From positions 1 through 14,570 of the forward strand of contig JBFMCE010000096.1 of the NCBI GenBank assembly GCA_040754655.1: a DNA stretch of 14,570 nt, given 5' to 3'. Positions 7,005-14,467 of the stretch are shown piece after piece; the first letter of the stretch is position 1; every line of letters starts with the position of its first letter. A program made the position numbers and the translations under genes. Below the pieces are notes generated by a model. The model searched no databases. It saw only the letters and a program-made list of their open reading frames with translations, and had not been told where the DNA came from. The DNA comes from Bdellovibrionota bacterium (GTDB taxonomy: Bacteria; Bdellovibrionota; UBA1018; UBA923).

Positions 7005-7721
7005 ATGACGCAGTGGCCAAAGGATCAGTACTATCGCGAACGCTTTTTCGTGCCTGATCTTACCCCAGAACAACGGTCTCAATTGAAAAAACTGAAACCC
7101 AAGCTGGTTTTCGTAGCGGAATCCCCTCATGAAAGCGAGGTAGCGCCTGAAATGAGGGCCGAACGCCGCCCGTTGTGCGGCAAAGCCGGGCGTGAGTGGT
7201 GGCAGAAAATAGGGCAGATTTTGAAAGACGAAGACGACAAAAGCACAGAGCTCGGACGTCTGCTTGAGCTCTGCCTTGCAGGCGACTTTGCGGTGATGAA
7301 CGCGGTCCAGTACCCGCTTGACCCCAAAATCACCCTTTATCAAGGAGAAGAGGCCGCCCCCGTGCGGGGGTTGGGATTTTCAAAGGTTTCCCCTTATTCC
7401 TATAAGAAGCTCAAGGATACCGAGGCGGTGCGCAGGGCAGTGCAAAACTTAAGGGAAAGGCTAAACCACTCTAGTTTAGTTCATGCACTGGTGGTGAGCC
7501 TCGGGAATGACGCACAATGGTTTGTGAACCAAGCGCTGCAGGGTTCGCTTGAACGTCACCTTGAAACCATCCCGCATCCGTCGGCGTGGTGGCGCCAAGG
7601 GGGCAAGTTGCGCACAAGAGCTGAACTTCAATTGACGAGCTTGCTCGGAGCGGCCAGAACAAAGCCTGCAAAGAAGCAGGCGCTATTTCATTCGAATTCT
7701 TCGAAAGAAAAAATAGTTTAA
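7005..7721 (+). CDS. Uracil-DNA glycosylase-like superfamily protein
   Basis: Motif A-like LVFVAESPH (AESPH at 7116-7130), RPLCGKAG (compare PFVGxAG), VMNAV, VSLGNDA and motif B IPHPS (HPS at 7575-7583). ATG 7005 with GAGG is preferred over TTG 6975. Confidence 0.8.
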   Translation: MTQWPKDQYYRERFFVPDLTPEQRSQLKKLKPKLVFVAESPHESEVAPEMRAERRPLCGKAGREWWQKIGQILKDEDDKSTELGRLLELCLAGDFAVMNAVQYPLDPKITLYQGEEAAPVRGLGFSKVSPYSYKKLKDTEAVRRAVQNLRERLNHSSLVHALVVSLGNDAQWFVNQALQGSLERHLETIPHPSAWWRQGGKLRTRAELQLTSLLGAARTKPAKKQALFHSNSSKEKIV

Positions 7722-9260
7722 CGGGCTGATCTCAAAGGCCGAGACATCGGTGCTTACCAGGGCTGTAAGCTTGGGGTAGTAGAGCGGCGCTACGATCGCA
7801 TGCTCCTGCAACAAGACGCGTTGAGCATCGGTATAGTACTGCAAGCGGTCGAGCACTTTCACGGAGCCGCCCGCGTTCTTTACGAGGGCATCATACTGAG
7901 AGTTTTTCCAACCCGTCGCATTGGTGTTGCGGTCTGACAAGAAAACTTCCATGAAACTCGAGGCATCAGGATAGTCGGCGCCCCATTGCCTGATGTACAT
8001 GTCGTGATGGCCCTTAGCGAGGGCCTTTTCAAATGCGCTTGGTTCAAGAGCTTGAACTTGAATGTTGAGTTGAAGGGTTTGTCTGAGCGACTCTTGAAGG
8101 TACTTTGCGATGTCTTCAAGCCGCCCTTTTCGGGTGAGCAATACCAAGGGGCGGTCTTTTTTTAAGCGGTCCTTGATTCCCGACTGTTTCAACAATTCGA
8201 TCGCTTGGTGAGGCAAGTATTGAAGGCCAGCGTTGGGGTCGTATCCCGCGATTCCACGAGGCACCAACGAGTCTGCAGGGGTTTCCCCTCCTTGCAGCGC
8301 AGTTGGGATTTGGGCGCGATTGATAGCATGCGCGATCGCCTTTCGAAAAACGGCCTTTGAAGAAGGTTCTTTTCGGGCGTTGAATGCGATGTAAACCAGA
8401 GCGAGGTAAGCGGACTGTTTGAGCCTCCACGAGGCTGTGCTTTCAGCTGTATAGCGTACGATGTCTTGAGTGCTCACGCCTAAGAGCGCGTCGATCTTCT
8501 TTTGTTCGAGAAGCTCGCGTGCTCGTTCATCACTGGGTTCAATCACGGCCACGATCTTTGGGACCGCGGACTGAGCCGCATGATAAGTGGGATTGCGCTC
8601 GAAAACGATTTCCTTCCCGCGACTCCACGATTGGATGCGGTAGGGCCCCAGGGTGACGAGGTTTTCAGGCAAGATCCAGTTGCCTTGATGCTTTTCGATC
8701 AGGTCCTTGCGCTGAGGAAAAGTCACCCAGAAAGAGAGAAGCGTGACGAAATATGGAACAACCCGGCGTAGCTTGACTTGAATGCGTCTCTCATCCAGCG
8801 CTTTGATCCCGACGTCTTCAAATCTTTTGATCTTTCCTTTGTGGTAGGCTTCGGCATTTTCGATATCAAAGAGGAATGAGGCGTATTCATTGGTATTCTT
8901 GGGGGCAAGCAGTCGTTTCCAAGAATAAATGAAATGCTCGGTTTTCAATGGAGCGCCATCCGTCCATTTCACTCCTTTTTTCAGGTGGAAAACATAGGTA
9001 AGTCCGTCGTCAGAGGTCTCCCACTTCTCGGCGAGCGCCGGGCTAGGTTGAAGCGTTTCGTTGATTTCGACGAGCCCTTCCATGATGTTCATCAAAACGT
9101 AGGTCTCGTAATTGGTGTGGGCGTACGTCCAATCGAGAGTAAGAGGCTCGATTTGCATTCGAAATCGAAAGGCATCCGCTGCAGCTTGGACTTGCGCTGA
9201 AACACAGACCAACAAAAGGCAAAGGATGCATTTTAAGAGGGCGACTCGTCTGGAGGTCAT
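7683..9260 (-). CDS. Peptide ABC transporter substrate-binding protein (OppA-like, SBP family 5)
   Basis: Sec signal (..VSAQVQA), EPLTLD, EGLV, PALAEKWETSDDGLTYVFHLKKGVKWTDG, GPY, RNPTY, FRKAIAHAINR, WGADYPD and W-N-YD motifs. Start placed at ATG 9260 from promoter geometry; the ORF-track TTG at 9296 is the -35 box. Confidence 0.93.
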   Translation of the reverse strand: MTSRRVALLKCILCLLLVCVSAQVQAAADAFRFRMQIEPLTLDWTYAHTNYETYVLMNIMEGLVEINETLQPSPALAEKWETSDDGLTYVFHLKKGVKWTDGAPLKTEHFIYSWKRLLAPKNTNEYASFLFDIENAEAYHKGKIKRFEDVGIKALDERRIQVKLRRVVPYFVTLLSFWVTFPQRKDLIEKHQGNWILPENLVTLGPYRIQSWSRGKEIVFERNPTYHAAQSAVPKIVAVIEPSDERARELLEQKKIDALLGVSTQDIVRYTAESTASWRLKQSAYLALVYIAFNARKEPSSKAVFRKAIAHAINRAQIPTALQGGETPADSLVPRGIAGYDPNAGLQYLPHQAIELLKQSGIKDRLKKDRPLVLLTRKGRLEDIAKYLQESLRQTLQLNIQVQALEPSAFEKALAKGHHDMYIRQWGADYPDASSFMEVFLSDRNTNATGWKNSQYDALVKNAGGSVKVLDRLQYYTDAQRVLLQEHAIVAPLYYPKLTALVSTDVSAFEISPLNYFFFRRIRMK

Positions 9261-9313
9261 CGATCTTATTGTAGCGATTTGAACTCTATGAAGCAAAGTG
9301 CTATATGGCCGAC
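9261..9313. promoter_or_regulatory. Overlapping divergent sigma70 promoters, both leaderless-type
   Basis: Minus strand: TTGCTT (9291-9296)-N17-TACAAT (9268-9273)-N7-ATG 9260. Plus strand: TTGAAC (9279-9284)-N17-TATATG (9302-9307, with TG extension)-N6-ATG 9314. Neither gene has a Shine-Dalgarno. Confidence 0.6.
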
Positions 9314-10030
9314 ATGTTTAGATGGGTACTGATGGGTTTGATGCTCTCGCGTCTAGGGTTGGCCGAAGATTACGAGTGGTTCGTCAATTTGAGCGCTCGC
9401 GAACAGCTTGAAACTTTGGCGCGCACGAAAGACCCTCAAGTTCGTCTTCAAATGCAGGAAGCCCTCAATCAGGCTGCAAAACGTGATCCCCTGACCGGAG
9501 TGCATAATAGGGGCTCCTACCAACGCTTCATGAGACGGGTCACGGATCAAAGCTCTCGCGGATTTTCTGAGATGGGTCAAAACGGCCTGGGGATGATCAT
9601 GGTAGATCTCGATCATTTCAAAAAAGTGAATGACACATTGGGTCACGAGGCAGGTGATGCTGTCCTTAAAGCAGTGGGAAAGGCGATCACAAAGGGCACT
9701 CGCGAACACGTGTTTCGCCAGGGAGGCGAAGAGTTCTTGATCGTCATGGAAAGCGTTGACGTCAAGATCGTGCGGCGCGTGGCGGAACGATTGCGCCTGA
9801 AGATCGAAGCGCTTGAGTTCAAAGAGTATCCCGGGCTCAAAGTTACCGCCTCTTTCGGAGTCGCGGTAAGCTCTGCCGACAATGAGGCCCGGTTCCTGAG
9901 CCTTGTAAAAGCCGCGGATGAAGCTCTCTACATCGCAAAGAAAACCGGACGCAATAGGGTGATCTTCAATCACTCTCTTTCTTGTCAGAGTTCATTGGTA
10001 ACCAGGATAAAACGCTCGTCAGGAGGCTAG
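9314..10030 (+). CDS. Diguanylate cyclase (GGEEF) with hydrophobic, signal-like N-terminus
   Basis: DPLTG, VDLDHFKKVNDTLGHEAGD, RQGGEEF (GGEEF at 9722-9736), TASFG and ADEALYIAKKTGRNR. The start could be ATG 9305 or 9314; 9314 fits the promoter. Confidence 0.93.
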   Translation: MFRWVLMGLMLSRLGLAEDYEWFVNLSAREQLETLARTKDPQVRLQMQEALNQAAKRDPLTGVHNRGSYQRFMRRVTDQSSRGFSEMGQNGLGMIMVDLDHFKKVNDTLGHEAGDAVLKAVGKAITKGTREHVFRQGGEEFLIVMESVDVKIVRRVAERLRLKIEALEFKEYPGLKVTASFGVAVSSADNEARFLSLVKAADEALYIAKKTGRNRVIFNHSLSCQSSLVTRIKRSSGG

Positions 10031-10054
10031 AGTCTCGTTACTATCGAAGGCATC

Positions 10055-12169
10055 ATGACATCTAGAGCGCTTTCGATATTGGCGATCATTTTCTGCTCGT
10101 TTTCCTGCTCAAGCTCGCCTCATCCTTCTGCGTCTAACGAAGAAGATCCCTATCTGTGGCTAGAAGAAATTGAATCCGAGCGGGCGCTGCAATGGGTTCG
10201 GGGGCAAAGCAAGCAGACGTTGGAAAAGTTCAAGCAAACCCCATCCTATAAGCGAATCGAATCTGAGATTCGCAAGATCACGCTGGCCAAAGACCGAGTC
10301 CCTTACGGCGCGTATCGGAACGGCTGGGTATATGATTTCTGGCAGGATGAGAAGCATGTGCGGGGCATTTGGCGCCGCACGACCCTTTCCGAATACAAGA
10401 AGGACAAGCCCAGATGGCATACGCTGATCGACGTTGATCGGTTGGCCCGTGACGAAAAAGAAAATTGGGTTTGGAAAGACCTTCAATGTTTACCGCCACA
10501 GTACGAGCGTTGTCTGGTCTCTTTGTCTCGTGGAGGCAAAGACGCTGTCGTGGTGCGAGAGTTCAGCGTTCGGGAGAGAAAGTTTTTGGCTGATGGGTTT
10601 TCATTGCCTGAAGCGAAGTCTCGGGTGGTGTGGGTTGATGAAGACAGCCTTTTCGTGGGCACAGACTTTGGGCCAGGTTCTTTGACCGATTCCGGTTACC
10701 CTCGGCTTGTAAAGCTTTGGAAACGCGGACACCCCTTGTCTCAGGCTCAGACGGTTTTTGAAGGCGAGAAAAGCGATGTTTCGGTTTCAGGGGGCGCTTA
10801 TTTCAGGCCGCAAGGCAATCTCTTTGTCTTGCAGCGGAACATCACTTTTTACAAGTATGAGCTCTGGGCCTTTGATCCAGAGACACGACAGAAGACAAAA
10901 GCCGATCTGCCAGAGCATTTCAAGCTTTCTGAGTTTTACAAAGGCCGTCTTTTTTTGATTTTGAGATCAGATTGGACGCATAAGGGACGTACATTCAAGT
11001 CAGATTCACTGATTGCAGTCAGAGTGCAAGGCACCGAGCTAGGCTTGCCTGAATTGGTTTACGAACCCAGCGGCAATTCGACGGTCAGAGGGGTTGAGAG
11101 CACGAAAGAGGCTTTGTATCTCAGAGTGCTGGAAAATGTGCATGGGAAGATTTACGAGCTCAGTCGCACGGAGTCCGGTTGGAAGACGCGCGCTTTGCCT
11201 TTGCCGCAGGAAGGTGAACTTGGATTCGTCTCGGTGAATCCGTTTAGTGATTTCGCGATGCTCAATTATGAGAGTTTTCTCTCGTCTCCAAGTCTGTATT
11301 CACTTGAAAAGAAAGGCGCCTCATATGAGGTAGAACGTTTGAAGAAGTTGCCTGAGCGATTTCGGTCAAAGGGGCTTGTCTCTCAGCAGTTCCATGCAGT
11401 CAGCGCCGATGGCACTAAAATCCCGTATTTCATCATCCACAAGAAAGGAATGCGGTTCAACTCAGCCAACCCCACGCTACTTTACGGTTATGGAGGGTTT
11501 CAGTATCCGTTGATTCCTCATTATCTTGGGAGCACCGGAAAAGTTTGGTCCGAGCGTGGAGGGGTTTATGTTCTTGCCAATATTCGGGGTGGAGGAGAAT
11601 TCGGCGCCCAATGGCATAAGAGCGTTTTAAAGGAGAATCGTCAGAAAGTTTTTGACGACTTCATCGCTGTTGCGGAAGATCTGGTGAAACGAAAAGTCAC
11701 CTCTCCCAACCATCTTGGTATCATGGGCGGCAGCAACGGTGGTCTGCTCGTAGGCGCTGCATTCATACAGCGTCCGCAGCTTTTTAATGCTGTCGTGTGT
11801 CAGGTGCCGTTGCTCGATATGCTGAGGTACCATAAGCTCTTGGCGGGAGCGAGCTGGGAGGCGGAGTATGGCAACCCTGATTCTGGATCGACGCGTGAGG
11901 CGCTTCTGCGTTACTCGCCCTATCAAAACGTGAAGAGCGGGATAAAATACCCCAAAGTTTTTTTCCTCACCTCGACCAAGGATGACCGAGTTCATCCGGG
12001 GCATGCGCGCAAGATGGTTGCAAAGATGCTCTCGCAAGGGCACGAGGTTTATTATTATGAAAACATCGAGGGAGGTCACGGCGCCGCCGCGAATCTCGAG
12101 CAGTTCATTCATCGTGCAGCGCTTGAATTTACGTATCTTTCAAATCGGCTAGGCCTAGTGGTATACTAA
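10055..12169 (+). CDS. Prolyl oligopeptidase (peptidase S9A), probable lipoprotein
   Basis: DPYLWLEE, a beta-propeller region, YGYGGF, ANIRGGGE, catalytic GGSNGG, DDRV and GGH motifs. N-terminal signal with lipobox-like SFSC. Confidence 0.96.
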   Translation: MTSRALSILAIIFCSFSCSSSPHPSASNEEDPYLWLEEIESERALQWVRGQSKQTLEKFKQTPSYKRIESEIRKITLAKDRVPYGAYRNGWVYDFWQDEKHVRGIWRRTTLSEYKKDKPRWHTLIDVDRLARDEKENWVWKDLQCLPPQYERCLVSLSRGGKDAVVVREFSVRERKFLADGFSLPEAKSRVVWVDEDSLFVGTDFGPGSLTDSGYPRLVKLWKRGHPLSQAQTVFEGEKSDVSVSGGAYFRPQGNLFVLQRNITFYKYELWAFDPETRQKTKADLPEHFKLSEFYKGRLFLILRSDWTHKGRTFKSDSLIAVRVQGTELGLPELVYEPSGNSTVRGVESTKEALYLRVLENVHGKIYELSRTESGWKTRALPLPQEGELGFVSVNPFSDFAMLNYESFLSSPSLYSLEKKGASYEVERLKKLPERFRSKGLVSQQFHAVSADGTKIPYFIIHKKGMRFNSANPTLLYGYGGFQYPLIPHYLGSTGKVWSERGGVYVLANIRGGGEFGAQWHKSVLKENRQKVFDDFIAVAEDLVKRKVTSPNHLGIMGGSNGGLLVGAAFIQRPQLFNAVVCQVPLLDMLRYHKLLAGASWEAEYGNPDSGSTREALLRYSPYQNVKSGIKYPKVFFLTSTKDDRVHPGHARKMVAKMLSQGHEVYYYENIEGGHGAAANLEQFIHRAALEFTYLSNRLGLVVY

Positions 12170-12172
12170 GGA
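12139..12172 (+). promoter_or_regulatory. Candidate internal sigma70 promoter and RBS in the 3' end of the oligopeptidase gene
   Basis: TTCAAA (12139-12144)-N17-TATACT (12162-12167) with TG extension. AAGGA at 12168-12172 precedes GTG 12177. Confidence 0.4.
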
Positions 12173-12176
12173 ACGC

Positions 12177-12620
12177 GTGGCAAAATTAAACCTCCAGTTT
12201 GTAACTTTGCTTCTGTCGATCTGGGCCTCAAACGTATTCGCTAGCGACACCTCAGATTGCGAGCGGCGCATTTACCGCACGCAGATGATCTTCACTAAGA
12301 ATGATCCCAAAATTATTTGTAAAGACAACCCAAGTCGCGAGGTTCAAGATTGCTTAATAGAGATCTTGAGCAGTAGACGGGGAAGGCTTCGGAACTCTGA
12401 TCTTTTTGAGGTGTACGCTGTTTGCAAAGTTGATCCTAGAACAGTAATACGAACTTGCATGGTGAAGGGGTTGGACAAGCCCTGGAATGACAAAGCATAT
12501 AAAGGGGCGCGAGTCATCGGGAACCAGTGCCTCAATTCTAATCCGAGACCTGTAAAAGCCTCGAAACAACCAAGACAAGCGCCCAGCGGCACGAAGTCTT
12601 CTCAAGGAGCGACTCGATGA
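12177..12620 (+). CDS. Secreted cysteine-repeat hypothetical protein
   Basis: GTG start with AAGGA, signal peptide ending NVFA, six regularly spaced Cys, a basic low-complexity tail, and ATGA overlap with the next gene. Confidence 0.8.
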   Translation: MAKLNLQFVTLLLSIWASNVFASDTSDCERRIYRTQMIFTKNDPKIICKDNPSREVQDCLIEILSSRRGRLRNSDLFEVYAVCKVDPRTVIRTCMVKGLDKPWNDKAYKGARVIGNQCLNSNPRPVKASKQPRQAPSGTKSSQGATR

Positions 12621-14362
12621 GCGACAACAAGAACTTAAGTTTCATGCGGTCTTTGTGCCTTGGCATGATCGAAGAAGACATCCTGGTTCCTTTTCCCAAA
12701 ATGAAACAAGAAGAACAAGAAGTTCTAAAAGGAGTGATCGATTCGCTTGGTTCATGGCTGAAGAACCGGAATGAGGATTATCGCAAGTGGGATCGCCAAG
12801 GTGAGCTTCCTCCAGAGTTCATCGACGAGATGAAACAGTTTGGTTTGTTCAGTTTCATCGTACCCGAAGAATTCGGCGGGATGGGACTTGGAAGCGCCGC
12901 TTACTCGCGAGCGCTTCAAGAGCTTTGCAAGTATGACGGGTCAGTCGCCATTACCGCAGGCGCTCACAGTTCGATCGGGATGCGCGGCCTTTTATTGTTT
13001 GGCACGGACGAGCAGAAAAAACGCTTCATGCCCAAACTTGCTTCGGGCGAGATGATCGCGGCGTTTTGCTTGACCGAACCTGGAGCGGGCTCAGATGCCG
13101 CGTCAATCAAGTCGCGCGCCGTGAAAGAGGGCGACGACTGGGTTTTGAATGGCAATAAGCTCTGGATCACCAATGGCGGCATCGCAGGCTTCTACACCGT
13201 GTTTGCGAAAACAGGTTCAGCTGACCAAAAAGGCGAAGTGACCGCGTTCATCGTCACGCGCGACATGCCCGGCGTGAGCGTTGGACCGCATGAAGACAAG
13301 ATGGGCCTGCGCGCCAGTTCAACCACGACGGTGAATTTTGACAATGTGAGAATCCCGAAAGAAAACGTTCTCGGTGAAGTAGGCAAGGGCTTCAAGGTCG
13401 CCATGAAGATTCTCAACAGCGGAAGAACGGGTCTTGGCGGCGGTTGCATCGGGTCGATGAAGCAGCTCATCGAACTTTCCACCAAACAAGCCAAAGAGCG
13501 CGTGCAGTTTGGAAAGCCCATCGCGGAATACGGGCTGATCAAACAAAAGATCGGGCACATGATCGTTGAATGTTATGCGACAGAGGCGGTGGTGACGATG
13601 GTCGCGGGCCTTGTGGATCAAGGTTATGAAGACTACGCCGTTGAGGCGGCGATCAGCAAAGTTTTCGGCACCGAATGTCTTTGGAGAACCGTCGACGAGG
13701 CATTGCAGCTTGCCGGGGGGAATGGGTATATGTGCGAATTTCCCTATGAGCGTGTGATGCGCGATTGCAGGGTGAACCGGATTTTTGAAGGCACCAACGA
13801 TATTTTGCGCCTGTTCATCGCGCTTACGGCGATGAACGACGTCGGCAAGCAATTGAAGGAAGTGGCAAGCACTGTGGCTGGCATCTTCGACGATCCGATC
13901 AAAGGATTTGGCGTGCTCTCTGAGTATGCTTTGCGAAGGGTTTCCTATGCCACGGGCATGAATCGCGCGAAGAGCACGTTCACGAAAATCGATCCGGCGC
14001 TTCGCGCTCAAGCGACGATTTTCGAGGATGTCACGAAAGACCTTGCGGCCGCTGCCGACCGGATTCTGCGCAAACACGGGAAGAATATCATCGGCAAGCA
14101 GTTCGCGACCAAACGCTTGGCCGACATCATGATCGATCTTTTCGTCTTGGGTTGCGTCCTGAGCAGGGTGAATACTTCTTTGAAAGAGAACGGAGCTGCC
14201 AAAGCCGCAAAGGAAATCGAGATATTGAATGTCTTTGCGGGTCAAGTCCAGCGTCGCGTGAAATCGAATTTCGGCAAGATCGATAATAATGATGATGAAC
14301 TCATCAAATCGCTCGCTGATCACGCGCTCGAGAATGAAAAGTACGTTTGGGATACCCTGTAA
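12617..14362 (+). CDS. Acyl-CoA dehydrogenase, long ACAD9/VLCAD-like type
   Basis: AFCLTEPGAGSDA, LNGNKLWITNG, KMGLRASST, RVQFGKPI, GGNGY and catalytic RIFEGTNDILR motifs, plus the C-terminal extension with Q...RLAD typical of VLCAD/ACAD9 (581 aa). Confidence 0.96.
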   Translation: MSDNKNLSFMRSLCLGMIEEDILVPFPKMKQEEQEVLKGVIDSLGSWLKNRNEDYRKWDRQGELPPEFIDEMKQFGLFSFIVPEEFGGMGLGSAAYSRALQELCKYDGSVAITAGAHSSIGMRGLLLFGTDEQKKRFMPKLASGEMIAAFCLTEPGAGSDAASIKSRAVKEGDDWVLNGNKLWITNGGIAGFYTVFAKTGSADQKGEVTAFIVTRDMPGVSVGPHEDKMGLRASSTTTVNFDNVRIPKENVLGEVGKGFKVAMKILNSGRTGLGGGCIGSMKQLIELSTKQAKERVQFGKPIAEYGLIKQKIGHMIVECYATEAVVTMVAGLVDQGYEDYAVEAAISKVFGTECLWRTVDEALQLAGGNGYMCEFPYERVMRDCRVNRIFEGTNDILRLFIALTAMNDVGKQLKEVASTVAGIFDDPIKGFGVLSEYALRRVSYATGMNRAKSTFTKIDPALRAQATIFEDVTKDLAAAADRILRKHGKNIIGKQFATKRLADIMIDLFVLGCVLSRVNTSLKENGAAKAAKEIEILNVFAGQVQRRVKSNFGKIDNNDDELIKSLADHALENEKYVWDTL

Positions 14363-14363
14363 A

Positions 14364-14433
14364 AATCGGGTAACGGATTGCGGTTTCACGGCAAACGGAT
14401 TTGGTTTACGGTTGACGGATTTCGGGGTTCGGT
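14364..14433. repeat. Degenerate heptamer tandem repeat (CACGGAT-like), about 10 units
   Basis: CGG cores at 14367, 14374, 14381, 14389, 14396, (TGG 14402), 14409, 14416, 14423 and 14430 give a period of ~7. The array is reverse-complementary to the downstream one. Confidence 0.75.
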
Positions 14434-14467
14434 AAACTATAAACCGAATCCATTTTCCGATACCGAT

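Noticed and set aside
2632..7721. Convergent gene ends with 23-bp, 0-bp and 39-bp overlaps as antisense regulation
   Set aside because: Short tail-to-tail overlaps are common in compact genomes, and nothing else supports a regulatory role.
9353..9973. 206-aa antisense ORF within the GGDEF gene
   Set aside because: Shadow frame of a gene with intact conserved motifs; no independent RBS or domain.
9249..10066. OppA-like protein and oligopeptidase both start with MTSR
   Set aside because: Only four residues with different codons; most likely coincidence in signal-peptide n-regions.
11627..12112. 161-aa antisense ORF inside the oligopeptidase
   Set aside because: Shadow of the conserved catalytic domain.
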